Source: Rhizomicrobium sp.
Lineage (GTDB): Bacteria > Pseudomonadota > Alphaproteobacteria > Micropepsales > Micropepsaceae
Reading direction: 5' to 3'
Length of the DNA: 64,000 nt
Assembly (NCBI GenBank): GCA_036267165.1
Contig: DATAWO010000119.1
Coordinates: forward strand, 29,584-93,583
Shown: piece after piece, positions 21,951 through 32,370 of the stretch
How the letters are laid out: every line of letters begins with the position of its first letter
Numbering within the stretch: the stretch's first letter is position 1
Notes under the pieces: model-generated
The model's input: only the letters and a program-made list of their open reading frames with translations
What the model was told of the DNA's origin: nothing
Databases searched by the model: none
Position numbers and translations under genes: made by a program

Positions 21951-23158
21951 CACGCCATCTGCTTCATGGGGATGGAAAGATCGGCCAGCCTTTCGGCCGT
22001 GATCTTCCTGCCCTCGGCAATCAGCTTCTTGCCGATCATGTATTCGGGCGCTGCATTCACCGCTTCCACCGCCGCCACCTGGCTATCGCGCAGATGGAAG
22101 ACGGCGAATTTGCGCATGGCCGGATCCCCGCGCGGAACCAGCATGTCGGTCGGCCGCGCCAGTCCCGCGATCTGCAGCTTCAGGTCATACTGGTCGGACC
22201 AGAACCACGGCACTTCGCTGTAGGTCCGGGGTTTGCCGGCCATCGCCATGGCGGCGTGCTTGGCCTGGTCGATGGCGTTCTGCACGCATTCCAGCCTGAT
22301 CTCATGACCCTCGCGCCCGACATGGCGGGTGCAGTCACCCGCGGCCCAGATGTGCGGATCGCCGGTCCTGGCATTCTGGTCCACCACAATGCCGTCATCG
22401 GTGCCGAGGCCCGCCTTGACCGCCAGTTCGTCGCAGGCCACCACGCCGATGCCGACCAGCACCATGTCGCACGGATAGCTCTGGCCGCCGGCGATCACCC
22501 GCTCGACCTTGCCGTCGCCTTCGATGGCTTCCACGCCGGTGCGCAGTTTCAGCTTCACGCCCGCCTTCTCATGCTCGCGGGCATAAAAGTCCGACAGCAG
22601 GGGAGAGACGGCGCGCGCCATCAGCCGGTCCATGGCCTCGAACACGGTCACGTCCAGGTCGCGCTTGGCGCCAACCGCGGCCACTTCCAGCCCGATATAA
22701 CCACCACCCACGATGGCGATGCGCTTGCCGGCCTGGAAGACTTCCTGCAACCCGTCCACATCGGCGATGGTCTTGAGATAGTGCACACCGGGCAGATCGG
22801 CGCCGGCGGCTCTCAGGCGGCGCACCCGCGCCCCGGTGGCCAGCAGCAGCTTGTCGTAACCGAGCTTGCGTCCGTCCGACAGTTCGACGCTGCGCTCGGC
22901 GCGGTGGATGGCGATGGCGCTGGTATTCAGGATCAGTTCGCAGCCGGCTTGCGGATAATAGCTGTCGGCTTTCAGGAACAGGCGCGGCCGCTCGAAACTT
23001 CCCAAAAGATAGGCCTTGGACAGCGGCGGGCGCTGATAGGGCGCATACGCCTCGTCCCCGATCATGGTGATGGGGCCGTCAAAGCCTTCGGCGCGCAGCG
23101 ACTGGACGGCTTGCGCGCCCGCTTGGCCGGCGCCGATAATCACGATGTTCTGGGGCAT
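21950..23158 (-). CDS. Ferredoxin-NAD(P)H reductase (putidaredoxin-reductase-like)
   Basis: IIGAGQAG, PYQRPPLSK, GGGYIGLE, AAGDC, PWFWSDQYD. Confidence 0.93.
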   Translation of the reverse strand: MPQNIVIIGAGQAGAQAVQSLRAEGFDGPITMIGDEAYAPYQRPPLSKAYLLGSFERPRLFLKADSYYPQAGCELILNTSAIAIHRAERSVELSDGRKLGYDKLLLATGARVRRLRAAGADLPGVHYLKTIADVDGLQEVFQAGKRIAIVGGGYIGLEVAAVGAKRDLDVTVFEAMDRLMARAVSPLLSDFYAREHEKAGVKLKLRTGVEAIEGDGKVERVIAGGQSYPCDMVLVGIGVVACDELAVKAGLGTDDGIVVDQNARTGDPHIWAAGDCTRHVGREGHEIRLECVQNAIDQAKHAAMAMAGKPRTYSEVPWFWSDQYDLKLQIAGLARPTDMLVPRGDPAMRKFAVFHLRDSQVAAVEAVNAAPEYMIGKKLIAEGRKITAERLADLSIPMKQMA

Positions 23159-23275
23159 CTTCGGAAGCGGTTTCTCTAATTGGGGGCAGGGCGTTACCAT
23201 GCCGCCGGCTATCTCACAACTGGGCCCAGAACCGAGCCCTTCCGGACCTCGGACAGGCGGGCTAAAAGCGGACAT

Positions 23276-23737
23276 ATGGCCCAAATCAGTGAAACATTCC
23301 GGAAGGAAATTGCCCTGCCCGACCTTGACGCCACCGCCCGGCTGGGCGCGTCCATCGCGGGCGGGCTTGGCCTTGGCGACGCGGTGGCGCTGTGGGGCGA
23401 TCTGGGCGCCGGCAAGACCACGCTGGCGCGCGCCATCCTGGCGGCGCTGGGCGTGGAGGAAGATGTGCCCAGCCCCACCTTTACCCTGGTGCAGAGCTAT
23501 GACACGCGCCCGCCAGTATCCCATTACGATCTCTATCGCCTGAAGAGCGGGCGCGAGCTGGAAGAGTTGGGCTTGGACGATGCGCTGGCTGATGGCGCGG
23601 TGCTGGTGGAATGGCCGGAGCGCGCGCCGGAAGCCCTGCCGCCCGATGCCCTGCATGTGCGTCTGGGCGCGCGGGACGGCGTGCGCACGGCGCGGCTGAC
23701 CGGACCCGCGCGGTGGGAAAGCCTGATTCATGTCTGA
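23276..23737 (+). CDS. tsaE: tRNA t6A biosynthesis ATPase TsaE
   Basis: GDLGAGKTTLAR, VPSPTFTLVQSY, HYDLYRL, VEWPE. Confidence 0.95.
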   Translation: MAQISETFRKEIALPDLDATARLGASIAGGLGLGDAVALWGDLGAGKTTLARAILAALGVEEDVPSPTFTLVQSYDTRPPVSHYDLYRLKSGRELEELGLDDALADGAVLVEWPERAPEALPPDALHVRLGARDGVRTARLTGPARWESLIHV

Positions 23738-24848
23738 ACGTCAAAGCGCGATGAAGGATTTTCTGGCGCGCACCGGCTGGGGCGCCGCCACCGTGACGCC
23801 GCTGCCCGGCGATGCGTCTACCCGGCGTTACGCCCGTCTCAGCCTGGGCGACCGCAAGGCCATGCTGATGGATCAGCCACAGGCCGCGGAAGGCGCGACC
23901 GCACCAGCCAACGCCAGTGAAGAGACGCGCCGCGCACTGGGCTACAATGCCGTGGCGCGGCTGGCCGGTGCGGACTGCGCCCGCTTTGCCGCCGCGGCTT
24001 CCTGGCTGCGCGCCCATGGCCTGGCCGCGCCCGATGTTTATGCCGCCGATCACGGCCAGGGTTTTATCATTCTCGAGGATCTGGGCGATGCCCTGTTCGC
24101 CCACGTGCTGGCCGATGGCGGCGACGAGAAGAAATTATATGAGGCCGCGGTCGAAGTTCTGGCCCGCATCCATGCCAATGATGCGCCGGCTGCGCTGTCG
24201 TCTGACAAGCCGCTGTTCGATTTTGACCAGACCGCGCTTTTGGCCGAGACCGATCTGTTGACCGAATGGTTTCTGCCGCTGGCGCTGGGCCGGGTGGCGA
24301 CAGAGGACGAAACCGCAGAACACCGCCGGTTGTGGCGCGCGGCGCTGGCCGGTATCGCGGGTGGCCGCCGCGTGTTTGTGCATCGCGACTATCATGCCGA
24401 GAACCTGTTGTGGCTGGCGGAGCGCGACGGCGTGGCGCGGGTGGGCCTGATCGACTTCCAGGATGCGGTGGCAGGCAGCGCGGCTTACGACCTGATCTCG
24501 CTGACCGAGGACGCCCGCCGCGATGTCTCGCCCGAACTGGCGGCGGCTGCGACCCAACATTATCTGGCGGCGATGCAGCAGCAGGGTTCGCCGGTGGACG
24601 AAGCCGCCTTCCGCCATGAGATGGCGGTGATGGCGGCCCAGCGCAATACCAAGATCGTGGGCATCTTTGCCCGGCTCTACAAGCGCGACGGCAGGGTGCG
24701 CTATCTCGCCTTCCTGCCGCGGGTCTGGGGCTATCTGGAGCGCGATCTCACCCATCCGGCGCTGGCGGAGCTGCAGGCGTGGTACGATCGCGTGATTCCA
24801 AAAGACAAACGCGCCGTGGAGCCAGCGTGGGCAAAGGATACAGTGTGA
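23730..24848 (+). CDS. amgK: Anomeric MurNAc/GlcNAc kinase (APH-family phosphotransferase)
   Basis: GDASTRRYAR, LEDLGD, HRDYHAENL, IDFQDA, KIVGIFARL; synteny with murU. Confidence 0.88.
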   Translation: MSERQSAMKDFLARTGWGAATVTPLPGDASTRRYARLSLGDRKAMLMDQPQAAEGATAPANASEETRRALGYNAVARLAGADCARFAAAASWLRAHGLAAPDVYAADHGQGFIILEDLGDALFAHVLADGGDEKKLYEAAVEVLARIHANDAPAALSSDKPLFDFDQTALLAETDLLTEWFLPLALGRVATEDETAEHRRLWRAALAGIAGGRRVFVHRDYHAENLLWLAERDGVARVGLIDFQDAVAGSAAYDLISLTEDARRDVSPELAAAATQHYLAAMQQQGSPVDEAAFRHEMAVMAAQRNTKIVGIFARLYKRDGRVRYLAFLPRVWGYLERDLTHPALAELQAWYDRVIPKDKRAVEPAWAKDTV

Positions 24849-25561
24849 GCCAGATCACCGCCGCCATGATCATGGGCGCAGGACTGGGCAGCCGCATGCG
24901 GCCCTTGACCGACGATCGTCCCAAACCGCTGGTCATGGTGGCTGGCCGGACCCTGATCGATCATTCCATCGACCGGCTGGCCGCGGCCGGCGTGACCAGG
25001 ATCGTGGTCAACCTGCACTACATGGGCGAGATGCTGCGCGCCCATCTGGCCAGGCGCCGCGACGTGGAAATCATTTTCTCCGACGAGAGCGACAGGCTGC
25101 TGGACACTGGCGGCGGCGTGGTCAAGGCGCTGCACCTGTTCAATGACCGGCCTTTTTTTGTGCTGAACTCCGATTCCATCTGGGTGGAAGGTGCGGTCGC
25201 CGCCTTGCCCGCCATGACCCGGCATTGGGACCCCGCGCGCATGGACGGCCTGTTGCTGCTGGCCGACATGCAGACCGCCATGGGCTATGAGGGCATGGGC
25301 GACTTTGTGCTAAAAGCCGAAGGCCATGTGCTGCGCGCCAAGGGTCATGCGGGGGCGGCCTATGCCTATCCGGGCGTGCAGATCGTCCATCCCCGCCTGT
25401 TCGACGGCGCGCCGCAAGGCCCCTTCTCCACCAACCTGATGTGGGACCGCGCCATCGCCAAGGGCCGGCTGTTCGGCACGGTGCTGGACGGGGTGTGGAT
25501 TCATGTCGGCACCCCAGCCGCGCGCGATGAGGCGGAAGCCTATCTCCGTCAACCGGCTTGA
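24845..25561 (+). CDS. murU: MurNAc-alpha-1-phosphate uridylyltransferase (nucleotidyltransferase family)
   Basis: GAGLGSRMRPLTDDRPKPL, LLDTGGG, WIHVGTP; GTG start overlapping the amgK stop. Confidence 0.88.
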   Translation: MSQITAAMIMGAGLGSRMRPLTDDRPKPLVMVAGRTLIDHSIDRLAAAGVTRIVVNLHYMGEMLRAHLARRRDVEIIFSDESDRLLDTGGGVVKALHLFNDRPFFVLNSDSIWVEGAVAALPAMTRHWDPARMDGLLLLADMQTAMGYEGMGDFVLKAEGHVLRAKGHAGAAYAYPGVQIVHPRLFDGAPQGPFSTNLMWDRAIAKGRLFGTVLDGVWIHVGTPAARDEAEAYLRQPA

Positions 25562-28530
25562 AGCATCCCCCCACCCTGAATCCAAAAGTCTTCACCATCG
25601 CCCCCAGCGCGCCCTTTGCGGAGACGCTGGCGCGGGGACTGATCGCGCGCGTGGGTGATGATCCGCTGGCCCTGTCATCTTCTGTCATCTACCTGCCCAC
25701 ACGGCGTGCCGCGCGCAGCTTCGGCGACGCCTTCGCCCAAGTGATGGGTGGGGCGGCGCTCTTGCCGCAATTCCGGCCGCTGGGTGACAGCGATGAAGAC
25801 GAGCTTCTGTTCGACGCCGCGGCGGAAGGGCTGGAGTTCAAGCCCGCAATCACGCCGCTGCGCCGCCAGCTTTTGCTGGCCCAGCTGGTGCGGCGCTGGG
25901 ACCGGACGGATCGCGGCGGTTCGCTCTCCTTCGCCCAATATGCGGCCCTGGCCGACAGCCTGGCCAAGGTCATGGACGAAGTGGAGACGCAAAGCGCTGA
26001 TCTCTCCAATCTGAAGGAGCTGGCGCCCGCCGATCTGGCCGAGCATTGGGAAGGTGTCACCCGCTTCCTGGACGTGATCCGCACCCAGTGGCCGGCGATT
26101 CTGGAAGCGGAGAAGGCGCTCAATCCCGCCGATCGCCGGGTGAGAGGGTTGAAGCAGCTGGCGGCGCGGCTGGAAGCGTCGCCACCACCAGACTGGGTGA
26201 TCGCAGCAGGCTCCACAGGTTCGATCCCCGCCACCGCCGAGCTGCTGAGCGTGATCGCGCGCCTGCCCAAGGGCGCGGTGGTGCTGCCCGGGCTGGACAA
26301 GAGATTGGACGCCAAAAGCTGGACCGGTCTCGATCCCGGCCATCCGCAATTCGGCATGGCGCAGCTGCTGCGGACGATCAAATGCGAACGCGAAGATGTC
26401 GAGGACTGGCTCGCCGCCGACACCAACCCCGCGCGCGAGGCGCTGCTGAGCGAAACCCTGCGGCCCGCGCCCACCACCGATGCCTGGCACGCCTTGGCGG
26501 AAACAGGCGGCGGCGAGATCGCGGCGGGCCTGAAAGACATTGCGCTGTCGGTCGCGGGTGACCCGGCGCAGGAGGCGCTGACGATCGCGCTGGCGCTGCG
26601 CCAGGCGCTGGAAATACCGGGACGCCGCGCCGCCCTGGTGACGCCCGACCGCAACCTGGCGCGACGGGTCGCCGCCGAGATGACGCGCTGGGGCATCACG
26701 ATCGATGATTCCGCCGGCCGCCCCCTCGCCCATACCGCCGCCGGCAGCTTTCTGTGCCTGTTGGCCGAAGCGGCCGACGCGCATTTCGCGCCGGTGCCGC
26801 TGCTGGCGTTGCTCAAGCATCCTTTCGCGCGGCGCGGCGAAGACCATGCCAATTTCCGCAGCCACGCGCGCGAGTTGGACCGCTGGTGCCTGCGCGGACC
26901 CCGGCCGGATGCGGGGCTTGCCGGCATCGCCAAGGCGATCGAAAGCGCGCGCACCAATCCGCGCAACAGCAATATTGCCGAGCCGCTGGCGCGGCTTTGG
27001 CTGTGGTGGCGCGAGATCGCTGCCATCCTGGCGCCGCTGGAAACGATTTTCGCACAGGACAATATCGATATCAGCGCCTTGTGCGACGCCCATGTCATGG
27101 CGGCGGAGCGACTTGCCTGTGACGCGGCGCAAAACTGCCTGCTATGGGCCAACAGCGATGGCGAACTGGCGGCGACGCTTTGCGCTTCGCTGAAGGATGA
27201 TTCCCGCGATCTGCCGCCAATCGAGCCCGGCTCTTACCCGCCTTTGTTCCGCAGCCTGGCGGTGAAGGCGCCGGTGCGCGCCGCCTTTGGCCGCCATCCC
27301 CGCCTTGCCATCCTGGGGCCACTGGAAGCGCGCCTGCAACGCTTCGACCTGACTGTGCTGGGGGGATTGAACGAAGGCACCTGGCCGCGCGGCGCCGGCG
27401 CCGATCCCTGGTTCTCCCGCCCCATGCGCGCCACGCTGGGGCTGGAGCAGCCGGAGCGCGGCATCGGGCTTTCCGCGCATGACTTCGCCATGCTGGCGTC
27501 GGGCCCGCGCGTTCTGCTGACCCGCGCGCTGAAGGTGGATGGCGCACCCGCCACCGCCTCGCGCTGGCTGCAGCGCCTGATGCAACTGACGCGCGGCTTG
27601 AAGCTGGACGCCGCGCTGACACCGCACCCGGACTGGTCCGCGCTGGCGGCTGAGATGATGGAGGTGCCGCAAGGCCCGCGCCTGCCGCGGCCGGCGCCCA
27701 CGCCGCCGGTCGAGGTCCGTCCCAAACGTCTTTCGGTGACGGAAATCGAAACCTGGCTGCGCGATCCCTATGCCATCTATGCCAAACGCGTGCTGAAACT
27801 GCGCCCGCTGGAGGCGCTGGACGAGCCGATCGGCGCGCTGGAACGCGGCACCGCCTTGCACAGGGCGGTCGAACTGTTCATCGACCAATACCGCGATGGC
27901 CTGCCGGACGATGCCGTCGAACAGCTTGTGGCCATCGCCGATCAGGTGTTCTTCGAAGCCGGCACGCCTGCGGCGGCGCTGGCGCTGTGGCGGCCCCGCT
28001 TCCAGGGCGCAGCCAGGGGCTTTGTCGCCTTCGAGCGCGAGCATCGCGCAACCATTGCGACATCGTATCTGGAAACGCGCGGCGAACTCAGGATCGGCGA
28101 CTTCACCCTTACCGGTGTCGCCGACCGCATCGATATCCTGAAAGACGGCAACGCCGCGATCCTGGACTATAAGACCGGCGCCCCGCCCAGCGTCAAACAG
28201 GTGACGGAGCTGTTGTCGCCGCAACTGCCGCTGGAGGCCGCCATGCTGGCCCAGGATGGCTTCGGTATCGGCCCACACACCACGGAAGAGCTGTTCTATC
28301 TCAGCCTCGCCGGAGAGAAACAGGCGCGCAATCCCCGCTACATCAAGGACGCAAAAGACCTGGCCATCGAGGCGATTGCGCAGCTGACGCGCCGCATCGC
28401 CTGGTTCAAGGAGCGCGACACCGCCTATCGCCCGCGCGTGCGGCCCTGGCGCGCCGACATTCCCGGCGATTATGACCATCTGGCGCGGGTCAAGGAATGG
28501 TCGCCATCCGGCTGGGGCGAGGAGCCGTGA
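25558..28530 (+). CDS. addB: Double-strand break repair protein AddB
   Basis: IYLPTRRAAR, AGSTGSIPATA, LVTPDRNLARRV, LSVTEIETWLRDPY; C-terminal PD-(D/E)XK motif ADRID...DYKTG. Confidence 0.95.
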   Translation: MKHPPTLNPKVFTIAPSAPFAETLARGLIARVGDDPLALSSSVIYLPTRRAARSFGDAFAQVMGGAALLPQFRPLGDSDEDELLFDAAAEGLEFKPAITPLRRQLLLAQLVRRWDRTDRGGSLSFAQYAALADSLAKVMDEVETQSADLSNLKELAPADLAEHWEGVTRFLDVIRTQWPAILEAEKALNPADRRVRGLKQLAARLEASPPPDWVIAAGSTGSIPATAELLSVIARLPKGAVVLPGLDKRLDAKSWTGLDPGHPQFGMAQLLRTIKCEREDVEDWLAADTNPAREALLSETLRPAPTTDAWHALAETGGGEIAAGLKDIALSVAGDPAQEALTIALALRQALEIPGRRAALVTPDRNLARRVAAEMTRWGITIDDSAGRPLAHTAAGSFLCLLAEAADAHFAPVPLLALLKHPFARRGEDHANFRSHARELDRWCLRGPRPDAGLAGIAKAIESARTNPRNSNIAEPLARLWLWWREIAAILAPLETIFAQDNIDISALCDAHVMAAERLACDAAQNCLLWANSDGELAATLCASLKDDSRDLPPIEPGSYPPLFRSLAVKAPVRAAFGRHPRLAILGPLEARLQRFDLTVLGGLNEGTWPRGAGADPWFSRPMRATLGLEQPERGIGLSAHDFAMLASGPRVLLTRALKVDGAPATASRWLQRLMQLTRGLKLDAALTPHPDWSALAAEMMEVPQGPRLPRPAPTPPVEVRPKRLSVTEIETWLRDPYAIYAKRVLKLRPLEALDEPIGALERGTALHRAVELFIDQYRDGLPDDAVEQLVAIADQVFFEAGTPAAALALWRPRFQGAARGFVAFEREHRATIATSYLETRGELRIGDFTLTGVADRIDILKDGNAAILDYKTGAPPSVKQVTELLSPQLPLEAAMLAQDGFGIGPHTTEELFYLSLAGEKQARNPRYIKDAKDLAIEAIAQLTRRIAWFKERDTAYRPRVRPWRADIPGDYDHLARVKEWSPSGWGEEP

Positions 28531-31500
28531 TGCGCGACGACTCCATGACCGCGTCGGATCCCGAAATCTCCGCCTGGGTGGCGGCCAATGCGGGCGCGGG
28601 CAAAACCTATACCCTGGCCAACCGCGTGGCGCGGCTGCTGCTGGGGGATGCGAAGCCGCAAAGGATTCTCTGCCTCACCTTCACCAAGGCGGCGGCGGCG
28701 GAGATGCAGAACCGGCTGTTCCAGCAACTGGGCGGCTGGGCGATGCTGCCGGATGAGGAACTGCGTGATGAGATCGTCAGGATCGGCGGCGACGCCCATG
28801 AAGACCTGGCCAAGGCGCGGCGGCTGTTCGCGCAAGCGCTGGAGACGCCGGGCGGGTTGAAGGTTCTGACCCTGCATGCCTTCTGCCAGGTCGTGCTGTC
28901 GCGTTTTCCGCTGGAGGCGCGGGTGCCGCCGGCCTTCGAGGTGCTGGACGACCAGTCGGCGCGCCAACTGGTCAGCGAAGCGCGCCAGCATGTGCTGGAA
29001 CGCGCCGGCTCCGGCGAGGGCGAGCTGGCCGATGCGGTGGCGCTGCTGGTGACGGAAACCAGCGAGGCCCGGCTGTCGGGCATTCTGGATGCGGCGCTGG
29101 GCGGCGATCGGCGCAAGCTGGATCGTTTCTTTGCCGAGGCGACTGATCTGGCAGCCCATGTGCGCGATGCCCATGGCCTTGGCGCTGGCGACACCATTCA
29201 AAGTATCGAAACCGGTTTCTGCAATGGCCTGGCGCGGGAGATCGAAAGTCTGCGCGCGGCACACGACTGGCTGGCGCAGGGCGGCAAGAGCGATGTGGAT
29301 GCGGCGGAAAGGCTGCGGCCGGTATTGGGCGGCATCACCAACAGTTTTGTCGCGCTGGGCGACTTCCTGCTGACCGGCAAGGGTGAGCCGCGCGTGAAGC
29401 TGGCCACCAAAAAGCTCACCGATGCACGCCCCGACCTGCTTGCCTTCCTGACCGACCTGCAGGGACGCTATTGCGCCGCGGCCGAGCGCCGGCGTGCCGC
29501 CCGCGCCGCCGCATTGACGCACGCAGCCCTGATTCTGGTCCGCGCCATGCGCGAGGACTATGGCCATGCCAAGCGCCTGCGCGGGGTGCTGGACTATGAC
29601 GACCTGATCGTGGAGACCCGAAACCTGCTCTATCAGCGCGGCGCGGCGGCCTGGGTGCTCTACAAGCTTGATGGCGGCATCGACCATGTGCTGATCGACG
29701 AGGCCCAGGACACCAGCCCGGAACAGTGGGAGATCGTCAGGAAACTGACGGAGGAATTTTTCTCCGGGCTTGGGCGCGAGCGCAGCCAGCTGCGCACCAT
29801 CTTCGCGGTGGGCGACGAGAAACAGTCCATCTTCAGTTTCCAGGGCGCCGATCCCAGCCAGTTCGACATCAACCGCCGCCATTTCGCCGAAGTGATCGCC
29901 GGCGCCGAGCAGCAATTGTACGAAGTGCCGCTGATCACCTCGCGCCGCTCCGCCCCGGAAATTCTCACCTTTGTCGACAGAGTGTTCGAGAGCGAGGCGG
30001 CGCGCGCCGGCCTCACCTATAGCGGGGCACAGATCGTCCACCGCGCCCATCGCGAAACCGCCAAAGGCGGGATCGAATTCTGGCCCGCGCTGGCGCCGGA
30101 AGAGGAAGAGGAGACCGACTATTACGCCCCGGTGGACGTGGTGCAGAAAGCAAGTCCGGTGGCGCGGCTGGCGGGTTTGGTGGCGGGCAAGATCGACGGC
30201 TGGCTGAAAAGCGGCGCCCAGCTGCCCGGCCATCAACGGCCGATTCAACCTCGCGACATCATGATCCTGTTGCCGCGCCGTGAACCGTTCGGTGGCGAAG
30301 TGATCCGCCAGCTGAAACTGAGGCGCGTGCCGGTGGCCGGCGCCGACCGGGTGCGGCTGACCGAGCAGATCGCGATAATGGACCTGGTCGCGCTGGGCCG
30401 CTTTGTCCTGCAGCGGGAAGACGATCTCAACCTGGCGGCGCTGCTGCGCTCACCACTGTGCGGGCTGGGCGAGGAAGACCTGTTCTCGCTGGCACATGAC
30501 CGCAAAGCCGACCTGTGGACGCGGCTGGTGGCGCGGCGCGGCGATTTTGCCGCCGCGCATGCATTCCTGTCGGCGCTCTTGGAACGCGCCGACTATGCCC
30601 CGCCATTTGAATTCTATTCCCATGCCCTCACCACCTTGGGCGGCAAGGAACTTCTGCTCGCGCGGCTGGGCATGGAATCCGCTGATGCTATCGAGGAATT
30701 CCTGTCCCTCACCCTCGCCCATGAACGCAGCCATTCGCCGTCGCTGGAAGGCTTCCTCGACTGGGTGGAGCGCGGCGGAGTCGAGATCAAGCGCGACATG
30801 GAGCATGGCCGCGACGAAGTGCGGGTGATGACGGTGCATGGCGCCAAGGGTTTGGAAGCCGACATCGTGATCCTGCCCGACACCACCTCGCTGCCCGAAC
30901 CGCCCAGCCGCAAGGGTCATCTGCTCTATGACGAGGACCGGGTGCTGTTTCCGCTGGCCGATGACGAGGCGCCGGCAATCGTGAAACAGGCCAAGGCCCG
31001 CGCCGAAGCCGAGACCCTGCGCGAGCATCGCCGCCTGTTGTATGTGGCGCTGACCCGCGCCCGCGACCGGCTTTATGTCTGCGGCTTCGAAAACAAAAAG
31101 GGCGTCAAGGAAGGTTCCTGGTATGAGCTGGCCCGCGCCGCCGCCGAAAGCTTGGGCGTCAAGGTGACAGAGGGCGATGGTGAGATCATCACCTATGGCG
31201 CAACCAGCGAAGAGAAAGGCGTCGCCGCCTCGTCCGCACGCAAGCAACACGCCCTGCCCGCCTGGACCCGTTCGCCCGCGCCGGTCGAACCGGCTTTGCC
31301 GCGGCTGATCCGTCCGTCGGATGCGGTGGGCGTGAGCCCGCCCGCTTTCTCGCCTTCGGGTGCGGGCCGTTTCCGCCGCGGCCTGGTGGTGCATGCGCTT
31401 CTGGCGCGGCTGCCGGAGATCGCGCCCGAAAAGCGCCGCGCCGTGGCGCTGGCCTTTGTGCAGGCGAGCGGACTCAAGCAGCCTGGAAAGCTGGTCGATG

Positions 31501-31913
31501 AAACCCTGGCGGTGCTGGATGATCCGGACTTCGCCGCCGCATTCGCACCCGGCAGCCAGGCGGAAGCCGGGCTTCTCGCCGAACTGCCGGAATTGGGCGC
31601 CGGCGCCCGCGTCAATGGACGCATCGACCGGCTGGCGGTGACCGGCACAAGCGTCCTGATCCTGGACTACAAGACCAATCGCCCGCCGCCGGCGCGCGAG
31701 GCCGATGTTCCAGCGGTCTATCTCGCCCAGATGGCGCTTTACCGCGCCGCCGCCGCCAAGGTGTTTGCAGGCCGCCGAATCGTCTGTGGCCTGGTTTTCA
31801 CCGACGGCCCGCGGCTTCTACAGCTTTCCGATGTGGTTCTGGACGCCCAAATGGCGGGGATATCCGCCCGCCTCGATCCGGCCAACCTTGACCCACAGGG
31901 GTCGCGTTCCTAG
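28527..31913 (+). CDS. addA: Double-strand break repair helicase AddA
   Basis: ANAGAGKT, LTFTKAAAAEM, DEAQDT, VGDEKQSI, TVHGAKGLE, YVALTRA, nuclease motif GRIDRL..DYKT. Confidence 0.96.
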   Translation: MMRDDSMTASDPEISAWVAANAGAGKTYTLANRVARLLLGDAKPQRILCLTFTKAAAAEMQNRLFQQLGGWAMLPDEELRDEIVRIGGDAHEDLAKARRLFAQALETPGGLKVLTLHAFCQVVLSRFPLEARVPPAFEVLDDQSARQLVSEARQHVLERAGSGEGELADAVALLVTETSEARLSGILDAALGGDRRKLDRFFAEATDLAAHVRDAHGLGAGDTIQSIETGFCNGLAREIESLRAAHDWLAQGGKSDVDAAERLRPVLGGITNSFVALGDFLLTGKGEPRVKLATKKLTDARPDLLAFLTDLQGRYCAAAERRRAARAAALTHAALILVRAMREDYGHAKRLRGVLDYDDLIVETRNLLYQRGAAAWVLYKLDGGIDHVLIDEAQDTSPEQWEIVRKLTEEFFSGLGRERSQLRTIFAVGDEKQSIFSFQGADPSQFDINRRHFAEVIAGAEQQLYEVPLITSRRSAPEILTFVDRVFESEAARAGLTYSGAQIVHRAHRETAKGGIEFWPALAPEEEEETDYYAPVDVVQKASPVARLAGLVAGKIDGWLKSGAQLPGHQRPIQPRDIMILLPRREPFGGEVIRQLKLRRVPVAGADRVRLTEQIAIMDLVALGRFVLQREDDLNLAALLRSPLCGLGEEDLFSLAHDRKADLWTRLVARRGDFAAAHAFLSALLERADYAPPFEFYSHALTTLGGKELLLARLGMESADAIEEFLSLTLAHERSHSPSLEGFLDWVERGGVEIKRDMEHGRDEVRVMTVHGAKGLEADIVILPDTTSLPEPPSRKGHLLYDEDRVLFPLADDEAPAIVKQAKARAEAETLREHRRLLYVALTRARDRLYVCGFENKKGVKEGSWYELARAAAESLGVKVTEGDGEIITYGATSEEKGVAASSARKQHALPAWTRSPAPVEPALPRLIRPSDAVGVSPPAFSPSGAGRFRRGLVVHALLARLPEIAPEKRRAVALAFVQASGLKQPGKLVDETLAVLDDPDFAAAFAPGSQAEAGLLAELPELGAGARVNGRIDRLAVTGTSVLILDYKTNRPPPAREADVPAVYLAQMALYRAAAAKVFAGRRIVCGLVFTDGPRLLQLSDVVLDAQMAGISARLDPANLDPQGSRS

Positions 31914-31947
31914 ATATGGTGCCGCGGTAGTTTTCAGGATCAAACCC

Positions 31948-32265
31948 ATGCCGATCAAAGTGTCCGACGCCTCGTTCCAGGCCGATGTCCTGGACGCCAA
32001 GAAGCCCGTCCTTGTGGATTTCTGGGCGGAGTGGTGCGGACCCTGCCGCATGATCGCGCCGGCGCTGGATGAGCTTTCGGCCGAACTGGGCGACAAGGTG
32101 ACGATCGCCAAGCTGAACATCGACGAGAATCCGCATGTACCCACCAAGTATGGCGTGCGCGGCATTCCCACCATGATGATCTTCCATCAGGGCCAGGTGG
32201 CGGCGACCAAGGTTGGCGCGCTGCCCAAGTCGAAGATCAAAGAGTGGATTGAATCGTCGATCTGA
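31948..32265 (+). CDS. trxA: Thioredoxin
   Basis: DFWAEWCGPC active site; synteny with addA. Confidence 0.97.
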   Translation: MPIKVSDASFQADVLDAKKPVLVDFWAEWCGPCRMIAPALDELSAELGDKVTIAKLNIDENPHVPTKYGVRGIPTMMIFHQGQVAATKVGALPKSKIKEWIESSI

Positions 32266-32272
32266 TACCGGC

Positions 32273-32362
32273 TGTCATGGCCGCCCTTGTGGCGGCCCTC
32301 CCGCGCCGCGCGAAGCGCGGCATCGAAAAAGATGGATGGCCGGGGCGAGCCCGGCCATGACA
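32273..32362. repeat. REP-like palindromic dimer (TGTCATGGCCG...CGGCCATGACA)
   Basis: 11-bp terminal inverted repeat with internal hairpins; same family as 1343-1440; sits between the convergent trxA and folC. Confidence 0.8.
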
Positions 32363-32370
32363 TTTTGCAG

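Noticed and set aside
23276-24848. tsaE and amgK as a frameshifted fusion or pseudogene
   Set aside because: Each has an intact start and full motifs with a short overlap; both separate and fused forms occur in alphaproteobacteria.
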